Source of the DNA: Vibrio vulnificus CMCP6 | Lineage (GTDB): Bacteria > Pseudomonadota > Gammaproteobacteria > Enterobacterales > Vibrionaceae | Direction of reading: 5' to 3' | Assembly (NCBI RefSeq): GCF_000039765.1 | Contig: NC_004459.3 | Span: forward strand, 2,631,127 to 2,663,126 | DNA length: 32,000 nt | Shown here: piece by piece, positions 6,342-15,611 of the stretch | Position numbering within the stretch: position 1 is the first letter of the stretch | Layout of the letters: each line of letters opens with the position of its first letter | Position numbers and translations under genes: made by a program | The notes under the pieces: model-generated | Database searches by the model: none | What the model was told of the DNA's origin: nothing | The model's input: only the letters and a program-made list of their open reading frames with translations

Positions 6342-6368
6342 CTACAAAAATAACGGAGAGATCGAATA

Positions 6369-7589
6369 ATGAGCGATACTGCCAGTCAGGTTCACGGAGC
6401 CGTTCAAACCCTGACACAAAGTTCAGACACCTTATTTTTATTGCTTGGCGCTATCATGGTGTTCCTTATGCACGCCGGATTCGCTTTCTTAGAAGTTGGA
6501 ACGGTGAGACATAAAAACCAAGTTAATGCCCTGGTTAAAATCTTAGCGGATTTTGGCATTTCCACTTTGGCGTACTTCTTTATCGGCTATTGGGTCGCCT
6601 ATGGGGCGCATTTTTTTGCCGATGCGGAAACGTTAGCTCAAGGTAACGGCTATGAGTTGGTGAAGTTCTTTTTCTTGCTGACCTTTGCTGCAGCCATTCC
6701 TGCCATTGTTTCGGGGGGTATTGCCGAGCGAGCGCGTTTTTATCCCGTTTTGATTGCGACATTCTTCACCGTGGGGATTGTCTATCCTCTGTTTGAGGGC
6801 ATTATTTGGAACGGAAATTTCGGTATTCAAGCTTGGTTTGAAGCCACCTTTGGTGTCGGTTTCCATGATTTCGCAGGATCTGTGGTTGTGCATGGTGTCG
6901 GAGGATGGATTGCACTGGTTGCGGTGATTTTCTTAGGCATGCGCCGAGGACGTGTGCGTGCAGGGAAACACACTAACTTTGCCCCTTCAAATATTCCTTT
7001 TCTCGCCTTAGGAGCGTGGATCCTGTGCGTCGGTTGGTTTGGGTTTAACGTGATGTCTGCACAAACACTGAATGGCATCAGTGGTTTGGTTGCAATGAAC
7101 TCACTGATGGCGATGGCGGGCGGGATTGTCGCCGCGCTCATCGCTGGCAAAAATGACCCGGGCTTTATTCACAACGGACCACTTGCAGGATTGGTCGCTG
7201 TGTGTGCAGGATCGGATCTCATGCATCCTCTTGGCGCTTTGGTGACGGGTTCGGTCGCCGGTGTTCTGTTTGTTTACTTGTTTACCTACTTGCAAAACAA
7301 AACCAAAATTGATGATGTGTTGGGTGTTTGGCCACTTCATGGTGTCTGTGGCGCTTGGGGCGGTATTGCAGCTGGCATCTTTGGCCAATCCTCACTCGGT
7401 GGGCTAGGGGGCGTCAGTTTCACCGTTCAGCTCTTGGGTACGCTTTTGGGCATTTCGGTTGCTCTGATTGGCGCTGGTATTGTCTATGGTGCGATTAACC
7501 GCCTCAGCGGCTTGCGACTCTCTCAAGAAGATGAATTTAATGGCGCAGACTTAGCTATTCATAAGATCTCTTCCGTTAACGCTGAGTAG
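6369..7589 (+). CDS. amt: Ammonium transporter (Amt family), 406 aa, with no adjacent glnK
   Basis: GGAGAG RBS. About 11 hydrophobic helices. Amt-type motifs are present (FAFLEVG, DFAGSVVVHGVGGW, WFGFN, DDVLGVWPLHGVCGAWGG). Confidence 0.9.
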   Translation: MSDTASQVHGAVQTLTQSSDTLFLLLGAIMVFLMHAGFAFLEVGTVRHKNQVNALVKILADFGISTLAYFFIGYWVAYGAHFFADAETLAQGNGYELVKFFFLLTFAAAIPAIVSGGIAERARFYPVLIATFFTVGIVYPLFEGIIWNGNFGIQAWFEATFGVGFHDFAGSVVVHGVGGWIALVAVIFLGMRRGRVRAGKHTNFAPSNIPFLALGAWILCVGWFGFNVMSAQTLNGISGLVAMNSLMAMAGGIVAALIAGKNDPGFIHNGPLAGLVAVCAGSDLMHPLGALVTGSVAGVLFVYLFTYLQNKTKIDDVLGVWPLHGVCGAWGGIAAGIFGQSSLGGLGGVSFTVQLLGTLLGISVALIGAGIVYGAINRLSGLRLSQEDEFNGADLAIHKISSVNAE

Positions 7590-7606
7590 AATCAAACTTC
7601 TTATAA

Positions 7607-7636
7607 GGGCGGCGGCATTGCGTCGCTCTTTTCTCT
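7607..7636 (+). terminator. Probable Rho-independent terminator of amt
   Basis: Stem GGGCGGCG (7607-7614) pairs with CGTCGCTC (7621-7628), including two G-U pairs. The loop is GCATTG. TTTTCTCTCC follows. Confidence 0.5.
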
Positions 7637-7763
7637 CCATTTTTGCCTTATCTCTCAAAACCGTATCTTACTCCGAATATTTAAGACTATGGTCTAATCC
7701 TCATAACTACTGTTGTTTTTCGTTCAGTGGTAAGCTGTGACAAAAGAACTACAAGGATAGGTT

Positions 7764-8501
7764 ATGAACTTCCCATATCGAAATATCGTCGTATTGACCG
7801 GAGCTGGAATTTCCGCAGAGTCAGGTATTCAAACCTTTCGAGCACAAGATGGACTGTGGGAAAACCATCGTATTGAAGATGTCGCAACTCCGGAAGGTTT
7901 CGCCAGAGACCCCGATTTAGTCCAAGACTTCTACAATCAACGTCGTAAAAAACTGCAAGACCCTAATATAGAACCGAATGCCGCACACCTCGCACTTGGC
8001 CGACTCGAAGCGGAGCTCGACGGTCAGGTAACGATCGTGACTCAGAACATCGATAATTTGCACGAACGTGGTGGTAACAAGAATATTATTCATATGCATG
8101 GTGAGTTGCTCAAATCTCGCTGCAGTGTCTCAAACCAAGTGATTGAGGAAACGGGGGATATTCTGACAGGGGATCTTTGTCATTGTTGCCAGATGCCATC
8201 GCAGATGCGTCCTCATGTTGTTTGGTTTGGTGAAATGCCTCTGAGAATGGGGGAGATATACTCAGCGTTAGAAACCGCCGACCTGTTTATCTCAATTGGC
8301 ACGTCCGGGGTGGTTTATCCCGCCGCCGGATTTGTCCATGACGCCAAAATGCACGGCGCACACACGATTGAAATTAACCTTGAACCCAGTGCGATCGAAA
8401 GTGAGTTTGTGGAAAAACGCTACGGTAAGGCGAGTGTTGAAGTGCCTAAGTTGGTCGAGGAGCTGCTTGCGCATTTAGAGAGTAACGTTGAAAGCGCATA
8501 A
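7764..8501 (+). CDS. cobB: NAD-dependent protein deacylase, Sir2 family (CobB)
   Basis: [14 protein letters not shown] Rossmann/NAD motif, [13 protein letters not shown].., a zinc-ribbon Cys pair (C..C....CHCC), and [10 protein letters not shown]. Confidence 0.9.
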   Translation: MNFPYRNIVVLTGAGISAESGIQTFRAQDGLWENHRIEDVATPEGFARDPDLVQDFYNQRRKKLQDPNIEPNAAHLALGRLEAELDGQVTIVTQNIDNLHERGGNKNIIHMHGELLKSRCSVSNQVIEETGDILTGDLCHCCQMPSQMRPHVVWFGEMPLRMGEIYSALETADLFISIGTSGVVYPAAGFVHDAKMHGAHTIEINLEPSAIESEFVEKRYGKASVEVPKLVEELLAHLESNVESA

Positions 8502-8521
8502 TGCCCGTTGAAAGAAGGATC

Positions 8522-8551
8522 AAAAAAAGCGGCCACAGCCGCTTTTTCTTT
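8522..8551. terminator. Bidirectional terminator between cobB and the distal potD
   Basis: A7 run, then GCGGC (8529-8533), loop CACA, GCCGC (8538-8542), then a T-run. Confidence 0.8.
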
Positions 8552-8564
8552 TTAACCAATAAAA

Positions 8565-9602
8565 TTAGTTATTTACTTTGAGTTTTTGGAAGTACTCATC
8601 GTAAAGTACACTGGCTTCACCGACTTCGTCTTGCCACACACCATTATCCATCACAGATTGTGGAGGGAAGATGTTTTGATCTTCGGCAAACTCTTTAGGG
8701 AGCAGTTTGTAAGCGGTTTTCACAGGGGTTGGATAACCGATTTCCATCGCAATTTTTGCCGCATTTTCTGGGCGTAGAAGGAAGTCGATCATCTTGTGTG
8801 CGGCTTCAGTATTTTTCGCACCCGCTGGAATGGCTAAGCTATCCATCCAGAAAATTGCACCTTTCTCAGGCCAGATGATGTCAATTTTTGCACCTTCTTG
8901 ACGGGCCATGTACGCAGAGCCATTCCAAAGCATACCCAGTGAAACTTCACCCGCTAGATAGGGATTGGCAGGGAAATCTGAGTTGAACACCAATACATTC
9001 GGGATCAGTTTTTTCAGCTCTTCATACGCGGCTTTGATCTCGTCAGGGTTGGTTGTGTTTGGCGAGTAACCCAGCTTTGAAAGCGCGATGTGGAACACTT
9101 CACGTGCATCGTCCATCAACATCAATTGACCAGCCCACTGAGTATCCCAAAGATCTCCCCAGTTTTTTACTGAGCTCTTGTCCAGCATGTCAACATTGAT
9201 ACCAATACCAGTCGCCCCCCAAATGTATGGAATAGAGTAGTCATTACCTGGGTCAAATGGCTTGTCTAGATAGTTCGCGTCTAGTTCGGCAAAGTGAGAC
9301 AGCTTGGCTTTATCCACTTTTTGTAGCATTCCTTCTTTACGCATCTTAGAAACAAAATAAGTAGAAGGAACGACCAGATCATAGCCACTGCCTTGAGTCT
9401 TTAACTTTGCGTACATGCTCTCGTTAGACTCGTAGGTTGAATAGATGACTTTGATACCCGTTTCTTTAGTGAAATCTTCTAACACTTCACTTGGGATATA
9501 CTCAGACCAGTTGTAGAAATACAGTTCTTGATCTGCTGCAAATGAAGAAGTTGAAAAAAAAGTAGCAGCACACAATGCGCCGGTATACAGTGCTTTTTTC
9601 AT
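8565..9602 (-). CDS. potD: Spermidine/putrescine-binding periplasmic protein, distal paralogue
   Basis: The track ORF starts at 9617. I prefer the ATG at 9602 (MKKALYTGALCAATFFSTSSFA), which gives a normal signal peptide. Strong similarity to the neighbouring PotD (YSTYESNE.MYAKLKT, DLVVPSTYFVSKMR, MLWNGSA). Confidence 0.85.
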   Translation of the reverse strand: MKKALYTGALCAATFFSTSSFAADQELYFYNWSEYIPSEVLEDFTKETGIKVIYSTYESNESMYAKLKTQGSGYDLVVPSTYFVSKMRKEGMLQKVDKAKLSHFAELDANYLDKPFDPGNDYSIPYIWGATGIGINVDMLDKSSVKNWGDLWDTQWAGQLMLMDDAREVFHIALSKLGYSPNTTNPDEIKAAYEELKKLIPNVLVFNSDFPANPYLAGEVSLGMLWNGSAYMARQEGAKIDIIWPEKGAIFWMDSLAIPAGAKNTEAAHKMIDFLLRPENAAKIAMEIGYPTPVKTAYKLLPKEFAEDQNIFPPQSVMDNGVWQDEVGEASVLYDEYFQKLKVNN

Positions 9603-9690
9603 TACTGTTCCGCTCATATCAGCGTGCCCTAAAGGGCAGGTGGTTATATAAAAACTGACGATGAGGTATCGCCAGAAAAAACAGCCTCGG

Positions 9691-9699
9691 ATTATATCA
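9691..9699 (-). promoter_or_regulatory. Extended -10 promoter candidate (TGaTATAAT) for the distal potD
   Basis: The minus strand reads CTGATATAAT (9700 to 9691), immediately downstream of the potD-proximal terminator and about 85-90 nt upstream of the ATG at 9602. Confidence 0.4.
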
Positions 9700-9705
9700 G
9701 CTAAG

Positions 9706-9735
9706 TAAAAAAATAGGCAGCTTTCCGCTGCCTAT
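9706..9735 (-). terminator. Rho-independent terminator after the proximal potD
   Basis: On the minus strand: ATAGGCAG-cggaaag-CTGCCTAT (9713-9735), followed by a T7 run. Confidence 0.75.
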
Positions 9736-9763
9736 ATGATGAGTAATGAAGCAATTGTGCTGA

Positions 9764-10795
9764 TTATTGGCCAGCTTTAAGCTTCATGAAGTAGTCTTCG
9801 TACTTCACTGTTTTGTCACCAACGGCGTCTTGCCACTCTACGCGGTCAAGATCTTCTTGTGACGGGAACAGTGGCGCAACATCTTTGAACTTCGCGTTTG
9901 ACTCAGCAACAGCGGTCAAGTAACCCGTGTCGTTAGAGATTTGCTCTGCAATTTCTGGACGAAGTAGGAAATCGATCATCTTGTGCGCCGCATCCACGTT
10001 TTTCGCACCAGAACTAATTGCAAAGTTATCTACCCAACCAATGCCGCCTTCTTTAGGGAAAACAAGCGTTAGAGGTAAACCTTCTTTTTGTGCTGCCGCC
10101 GCACTGCCGTTCCAAAGCATGCCAACGCCAACTTCGCCAGACATGTATGGTGCGCCTGGGTTGTCAGAGTTGAATACCAATACGTTTGGCATTAACTTTT
10201 GCAGTTCTGCGTACGCTTCATCGATTTGTTTTTCATCGGTGGTGTTACCCGAATAACCCAATTTGCGTAGCGCGATATGGAACACTTCACGAGTGTCGTC
10301 CATCAACATGACTTGGCCCTTAAGCTCAGGTTTCCATAGGTCTGCCCAGCTTTGGAAGTCATTTGGATCGTACATATCGGTGTTCACAGCAAGACCCGTG
10401 ATCGCAACAACGTGTGGGATAGAGTAGTCGTTGTTTGGATCGTAAGGTTTATCTAGATAGTTCTTATCTAAGTTTTTGAAGTTTGTTAGCTTCGATTTAT
10501 CAATCTTCTGCAACATACCTTCATCACGCATCTTAGATACGAAGTAGGTAGAAGGTACTACCAGATCATAGCCTTGGTTGTGCGTTTTCAACTTGGCGTA
10601 CAAGGTTTCGTTCGACTCGTAAGTCGAGTAAATCACCTTGATACCTGTTTCTTTCGTAAATTGCTCTAGGATATTACTGTTGATGTAAGGACCCCAGTTC
10701 ATAAATACCAATTCTTTATCTTCCGCTGCAACCGAACCAGAAAACAGTGAAAGCGCACATGCACTACCAGCTAATAAAGTAGCCCATTTTTTCAT
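9764..10795 (-). CDS. potD: Spermidine/putrescine-binding periplasmic protein, proximal paralogue
   Basis: Signal peptide MKKWATLLAGSACALSLFSGSVAA. PotD-type sequence throughout. It follows potC. Confidence 0.9.
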   Translation of the reverse strand: MKKWATLLAGSACALSLFSGSVAAEDKELVFMNWGPYINSNILEQFTKETGIKVIYSTYESNETLYAKLKTHNQGYDLVVPSTYFVSKMRDEGMLQKIDKSKLTNFKNLDKNYLDKPYDPNNDYSIPHVVAITGLAVNTDMYDPNDFQSWADLWKPELKGQVMLMDDTREVFHIALRKLGYSGNTTDEKQIDEAYAELQKLMPNVLVFNSDNPGAPYMSGEVGVGMLWNGSAAAAQKEGLPLTLVFPKEGGIGWVDNFAISSGAKNVDAAHKMIDFLLRPEIAEQISNDTGYLTAVAESNAKFKDVAPLFPSQEDLDRVEWQDAVGDKTVKYEDYFMKLKAGQ

Positions 10796-10838
10796 TTACG
10801 TTAGCTCCAAACCAAACGTTGCCCGAAGGCATTCCGAT

Positions 10839-10868
10839 AAAAAAACAGAATGGTGAATCACCATTCTG
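10839..10868 (-). terminator. Strong terminator-like hairpin inside the pot cluster, between potC and potD
   Basis: On the minus strand: CAGAATGGTG-att-CACCATTCTG (a perfect 10-bp stem, 10846-10868), followed by TTTTTTT. Confidence 0.6.
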
Positions 10869-10898
10869 CTTCGCGTTTAAACACAACCAGAAGGCGGT

Positions 10899-11669
10899 TT
10901 ATTTAACTTTTTCTCTCGCAAGGATTTGCGAGGTAATCACCAATACGAGTGACACGACCAGCATGACGGTTGCCAATGCGTTGACTTCTGGAGAGATACC
11001 CACTTTAACCATTGAGTAGATTTTCAGTGATAGAATCTCATAAGTCGGGCCCGTTACAAACGAGCTGATGATAACGTCATCTAAAGATAGGGTAAAACTC
11101 AGCAACCAACCAGCTGCAACCGCAGGTTTCGCCAATGGCAGAATAATTTGCTTTAGAATCACCCATTCGCTTGCACCAAGGTCTTTTGCTGCTTCAAGCA
11201 TTTTCACATCAAAACCGTTTAAGCGGCTATAAACCGTGACCACAACAAATGGCAAACAGAAGGTGATGTGCGCAACCAAAAGCGTAAAGAAACCCAATTG
11301 CGCACCCAGCACAAGAAACAGCGCCAATAGCGAAATAGCCATCACAATATCTGGAGACATCATTACGACAAACAGCATACCGTTGACTGCACTTTTGCCT
11401 TTGAACTGGTAGCGGAATAGGGCAACCGCCGTCAAACTGCCGATAATCGTTGCTGCAGTTGCTGAAAAAATCGCAACGTTAAACGAGTGCCATGCAGCTT
11501 GCATCAAGCTGTCGTTATTCACTAGCGCGTGATACCACTTGGTGGTGAATCCGCCCCATTTCATACCAAACTTGTTTTCGTTAAACGAGTTGGCGATCAA
11601 TACGATGATTGGTAAATACAGAAACGCATAAACCAACGTCATAAAGCTAAATCTAACTGTACGCCCCAT
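10899..11669 (-). CDS. potC: Spermidine/putrescine ABC transporter permease PotC
   Basis: Six hydrophobic helices. EAA-loop-type motif ([12 protein letters not shown]). TAATG overlap with potB. Confidence 0.9.
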   Translation of the reverse strand: MGRTVRFSFMTLVYAFLYLPIIVLIANSFNENKFGMKWGGFTTKWYHALVNNDSLMQAAWHSFNVAIFSATAATIIGSLTAVALFRYQFKGKSAVNGMLFVVMMSPDIVMAISLLALFLVLGAQLGFFTLLVAHITFCLPFVVVTVYSRLNGFDVKMLEAAKDLGASEWVILKQIILPLAKPAVAAGWLLSFTLSLDDVIISSFVTGPTYEILSLKIYSMVKVGISPEVNALATVMLVVSLVLVITSQILAREKVK

Positions 11670-12526
11670 TAGTCCAGCTCCACTTTCTTATTCAACAATT
11701 TACCCGCGCGATAGTAGGCATAAAGCATAATCGCCATTGCGATGGTCAGCGCGATACTGGTCGCAGCCCCAAATGGCCAATCACGTGCATTGAGCACTTG
11801 GCTCTTAATGACGTTACCAATCAGCAAGTTTTTCGCACCGCCAAGCAAGTCTGAAATGTAGAACATGCCCAGAGCAGGGAGGAGAACTAACAAACAACCG
11901 CCGATAATGCCAGGCATTGTCAATGGCAGAATGACCTTTGTTAGCGTCTGGAACTTATTTGCACCTAGGTCTTTTGCCGCTTCGATATACGTGTCGTCCA
12001 GCTTTTCAATGGCTGAGTACAACGGCAAAATCATGAATGGCAGCAAAATGTACACTAAACCAATCATAACTGCGGTTTCGGTAAACATAATGCGCATAGG
12101 CGTATCAATAAGACCAATGCTCAATAGCGCTTTATTGAGAATGCCTTGCGTACCCAACACGATTTTTAGGCCGTAGGTACGGATCAGGGAGTTGGTCCAG
12201 AAAGGCACAATCACCAAAAACAGCATAAATGGACGCCATTTGTGTGGCATTTTCGCCACAATGTAAGCAAATGGGTAGCCCACAACCAAACAGATAAGGG
12301 TTGCCACAATCGCCATGTAGAAGGAGTGCAGCAACACTTTCACGTACAAAGGATCGAGCAAACGCGCGTAGTTATCCAATGTAAACGTCATTTCAATGAG
12401 GTTGGCTTCATCACGCGTCAGAAAACTGGTGCCAATGATCATCAGGTTTGGAATAAGAACAAAAAGAACCAACCAACCAACAATCAGCGTGATAATGGCG
12501 TTTTGAAGACTAAATTTCTTGCTCAT
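11669..12526 (-). CDS. potB: Spermidine/putrescine ABC transporter permease PotB
   Basis: Polytopic permease with an EAA motif ([12 protein letters not shown]). Overlaps the potA end by 17 nt. Confidence 0.9.
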   Translation of the reverse strand: MSKKFSLQNAIITLIVGWLVLFVLIPNLMIIGTSFLTRDEANLIEMTFTLDNYARLLDPLYVKVLLHSFYMAIVATLICLVVGYPFAYIVAKMPHKWRPFMLFLVIVPFWTNSLIRTYGLKIVLGTQGILNKALLSIGLIDTPMRIMFTETAVMIGLVYILLPFMILPLYSAIEKLDDTYIEAAKDLGANKFQTLTKVILPLTMPGIIGGCLLVLLPALGMFYISDLLGGAKNLLIGNVIKSQVLNARDWPFGAATSIALTIAMAIMLYAYYRAGKLLNKKVELD

Positions 12527-13652
12527 CGCTTAGCACCACTTCCCAGCTTTCAACCCAAGTAATGGCGACTTTTTGTCCTAAAGAGTGGTCCACATCAGGA
12601 TCATCTTCGTTAAAGAACTCGCTTACCATTACACGCATGCCAGATTCCGTTTCAATAACAGAATCAAGAGTCATCCCTTTGTAAGTACGCTCGGTAACAT
12701 GACCGACAATACCTTTCTCTTCGGATTCTTTGATCTCTTCAATACGTAAGTCTTCTGGACGAAGTAGCACTTGCAGTTTCTGACCTTCCGTTACCGGTTG
12801 ATCGAAGTAAACCACTGAGTCGACGCCTTCAATCTCAGCACGAATACGGTTTTCATCAAGGCGTTCTTTGGCCGTTGCTTCAAACACGTTGATTTCGCCG
12901 ATAAAGCGCGCAACAAATAAGTTTTTCGGATCTTCGTAGATTTCACGAGGAGAGCCATCTTGCTCGATAACGCCTGAGCGCATGACGATAATGCGGTCTG
13001 ACATCGATAGTGCTTCTTCCTGATCGTGCGTCACGAAAATAAAGGTGATGCCAAGCTGTCGCTGTAGCTGCTTAAGCTCAATCTGCATTTGCTTACGTAA
13101 TTTGTAATCAAGCGCTGATAGGGATTCATCAAGTAATAGTACTTTTGGTTTGTTCACCACAGCACGCGCAATTGCAATACGCTGCTGTTGACCACCAGAA
13201 AGCTGATGAGGTTTACGCTGAGCCATGCTCTCTAGACGAACCATTTTAAGCGCGTCCATTACGCGAGGTTCGATTTCAGCAGCAGGGACCTTCTGCATGC
13301 GTAAGCCAAACGCAACATTATCAAACACAGTCATATGTGGGAACAATGCGTAACTTTGGAATACCGTGTTGACATGCCTTTGTTCTGCAGGAACGTTAGT
13401 GACATCCTGATTGTCGATCGTAATTTGGCCATTATCTGCAGTTTCAAAACCTGCGATCATGCGTAAAACGGTTGTTTTACCACAGCCAGAAGGACCTAGA
13501 ATCGTTAAAAATTCACCGTGATTAACGTCCAGGTTTAAATTACCGATGATTTCCTTACCATCGAAACTCTTACTGATACCAGATAAACGGATTACTGGTT
13601 GTCCTGCATTTTGTTTAGCGTTCAACGTCTGTATTTCTCCCACATTGGCCAA
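12510..13652 (-). CDS. potA: Spermidine/putrescine ABC transporter ATPase PotA
   Basis: Walker [10 protein letters not shown], signature LSGGQQQR, Walker [12 protein letters not shown]. Near-colinear with E. coli PotA as I recall it. The start is uncertain: TTG at 13652 or GTG at 13643. Confidence 0.9.
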   Translation of the reverse strand: MANVGEIQTLNAKQNAGQPVIRLSGISKSFDGKEIIGNLNLDVNHGEFLTILGPSGCGKTTVLRMIAGFETADNGQITIDNQDVTNVPAEQRHVNTVFQSYALFPHMTVFDNVAFGLRMQKVPAAEIEPRVMDALKMVRLESMAQRKPHQLSGGQQQRIAIARAVVNKPKVLLLDESLSALDYKLRKQMQIELKQLQRQLGITFIFVTHDQEEALSMSDRIIVMRSGVIEQDGSPREIYEDPKNLFVARFIGEINVFEATAKERLDENRIRAEIEGVDSVVYFDQPVTEGQKLQVLLRPEDLRIEEIKESEEKGIVGHVTERTYKGMTLDSVIETESGMRVMVSEFFNEDDPDVDHSLGQKVAITWVESWEVVLSDEQEI

Positions 13653-13927
13653 CTAACAAGTATGACCTGTAGTAATTCACAATAAGGCGCGCATGATAAT
13701 CACCAAAAGTGTGAATTCAAAGTATTTTCTCATCCCGAAACAGAAAAAGTTTTGTAGGTAAAAATGACGATTACTTACCATACTGTTATTAGGATTATTC
13801 GGCTTTCACAAGTAATTGAATGGAGACCAAAATATCCCGTTACAAACTAATCTGTCGCCTATAGATTTCAAGTGGTTAATTATCAATCAAAATGCGAATA
13901 AAGCAAGATATACATAGAGAAACAGAG

Positions 13928-13955
13928 TTTAGCTAAAGAGAGATTTCAGTATAAT
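13928..13955 (+). promoter_or_regulatory. Weak sigma70 promoter candidate for the 14015 gene
   Basis: Perfect TATAAT at 13950-13955, about 60 nt upstream of the ATG. The -35 is poor (TTTAGC, 16-nt spacer). Confidence 0.3.
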
Positions 13956-14014
13956 GAACGTCCTTCTATTAATGCAGATTTTACAGAGGATAAGTAAGTC
14001 AGCTTAGGATAACT

Positions 14015-14812
14015 ATGAAAAACGAATTCGAAAAAGAGATTAACATTGGCGGTACTATTGAAAGTGCGCTCTCTGGTCAATATGAGCTGAGTGCTGGAGC
14101 CGTTTTTAGTGAAGCTTGGAAGAAAACGATGTCGCATTTCTTCAGCTTTTCTCCAGCTATCGTGCTGTTACTCGCGCTACAGTTGCTGATTTTCTATATC
14201 GCACTTCAACTGCAACTTGGTGAGCCGAGTGTGATCCTTGATGCCATCGTCAATCCCGATTTACTGACTGAACAAATTGTTTCGGCTATTTATGTAGCAA
14301 ACTTCAGCTACGAAGTGATTAGCGCGCCGATTTTTGCCGGTGTCAGCTTGATGGCGATGAGCCATGCCGCAGGTTTACAGACGAAAACTCGCCACATCAG
14401 CAAAGGGCTTCAATACACGATTCCCGTTATTCTTGCCACCTTGTTCAGCTTGATGCTTCAAGGCTTACTGGGCATGATTTTTCCTTTGCTTTCACTTTAT
14501 CTTTCAATGGCGTTTAGTCACTCGATTCTGCTTATCTGCGAAAAGAATGTTCCACCAATGCAATCTCTGCTGCTTTCTTTACGTGCGATCAACCGTAAAA
14601 TTCTAGTCGTATCAGGTTTGTACCTGCTGGTGATGGTGATGTTTGCGGTAGCAACGATCTTTTATGGCATCGGGTTGATTTTTGTTTTGCCATTTTTCTT
14701 CCATCTCAAAGGTATTCTCTACCGCGAGATGTTTGGTATCCGTTTGAAAATAGTGGCTACCTCCGGTTCCGACGACAATAACGATAACAATTCACAGGTA
14801 TTTAATGCTTAA
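14015..14812 (+). CDS. Polytopic inner-membrane protein of unknown function (265 aa)
   Basis: About six hydrophobic segments. Acidic/Asn-rich tail (SGSDDNNDNNSQ). 8-nt overlap with the next gene. Confidence 0.6.
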   Translation: MKNEFEKEINIGGTIESALSGQYELSAGAVFSEAWKKTMSHFFSFSPAIVLLLALQLLIFYIALQLQLGEPSVILDAIVNPDLLTEQIVSAIYVANFSYEVISAPIFAGVSLMAMSHAAGLQTKTRHISKGLQYTIPVILATLFSLMLQGLLGMIFPLLSLYLSMAFSHSILLICEKNVPPMQSLLLSLRAINRKILVVSGLYLLVMVMFAVATIFYGIGLIFVLPFFFHLKGILYREMFGIRLKIVATSGSDDNNDNNSQVFNA

Positions 14813-15593
14813 CCCATCACAATCTACATTTTTAAAAGTGACCGCTGTTGCGGCTTTTGTTGCTTTCTCTGCTGTCGGTCCTTATGTGTTCTATCGAGAC
14901 CATCAACCTAAAGAACAAGTGCAAGCTATTGAGTCTTTACCTGACTTCGCTGCGATTCAAAGTGTCGCCGAGAAAAAAAGGGCCTTTTTCGACTATCTAA
15001 GACCTATGGTGGCACTGGAAAACCAACGCGTGCTTGAAGAGCGTTCTTTTCTAGAATCTTTGGATATAGCCAACTTATCGGAAAAGCAGAACGCTCGACT
15101 CGACAAGTTAGCCTCTCGTTACAATGTCACACTTTCAGCGGAAGAAGCTAATGAAGACTCTTTGAATGAATTGATGTTAAGAGTCAATGTGTTGCCAGAA
15201 GCGCTCGTCATGATTCAAGCCGCCAACGAGTCCGCTTGGGGAACTTCGCGCTTTGCTCGTCAAGCAAACAATCTCTTTGGCCAGTGGTGCTATACCCCAG
15301 GATGTGGTGTGGTTCCACTTGAACGTAATCAAGGTGCTTTCCACGAAGTGGCGAAGTTTTCTTCGGTTCAAGATTCGGTTCATGGCTATTTTATGAACGT
15401 TAATCGTAATCGTGCATACAGAGAGCTGCGTGAGATTCGCGCCACTCTTGATATGCAAGGTCGCGATCTACAAAGCGTCTCCGTGGCGACAGAACTGACG
15501 AATGGCCTGCTTTCCTATTCAGAGAGAGGGCAGGATTATGTTGATGATCTGCAAGCGATGATCCGCCACAATGCAGAATTTTGGACAAACTAA
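14805..15593 (+). CDS. bax: Bax-like protein with a glucosaminidase (FlgJ C-terminal/LytD-type) domain
   Basis: N-terminal membrane anchor or signal. Glucosaminidase-type motif QAANESAWGTSRFARQANNLFGQW. Confidence 0.7.
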   Translation: MLNPSQSTFLKVTAVAAFVAFSAVGPYVFYRDHQPKEQVQAIESLPDFAAIQSVAEKKRAFFDYLRPMVALENQRVLEERSFLESLDIANLSEKQNARLDKLASRYNVTLSAEEANEDSLNELMLRVNVLPEALVMIQAANESAWGTSRFARQANNLFGQWCYTPGCGVVPLERNQGAFHEVAKFSSVQDSVHGYFMNVNRNRAYRELREIRATLDMQGRDLQSVSVATELTNGLLSYSERGQDYVDDLQAMIRHNAEFWTN

Positions 15594-15611
15594 AACAATA
15601 AGAGAAATAGA

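Noticed and set aside
6039-6514. ORFs 6039..6227+ and 6302..6514+ in and around the amt upstream region.
   Set aside because: The first overlaps the NtrC-like palindromes and has no RBS. The second is out of frame with amt and overlaps its strongly supported start. Both are better explained as non-coding regulatory DNA.
9554-9561. An A8/T8 homopolymer inside the signal-peptide coding part of the distal potD, as a possible slipped-strand phase-variation tract.
   Set aside because: The tract is short and encodes the ordinary FFS of the signal peptide. There is no evidence of a frameshift. It is probably incidental.
9603-9617. Extended N-termini suggested by the ORF track: 9617 for potD, 1563 TTG for fdhC, 19983 TTG for the DsbD_2 gene, 26540 TTG, 27039 GTG.
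   Set aside because: Downstream ATG codons give canonical signal peptides, TM starts or SD spacing, or exact stop/start coupling. The upstream alternative starts are less plausible, but I cannot exclude them without data.
13653-14014. The 362-bp potA / membrane-protein divergent intergenic region as a possible sRNA or riboswitch locus.
   Set aside because: I could not find a convincing hairpin-plus-T-run, a conserved-looking structure or promoter pairs. Only a lone TATAAT at 13950-13955 stands out. Evidence is insufficient.
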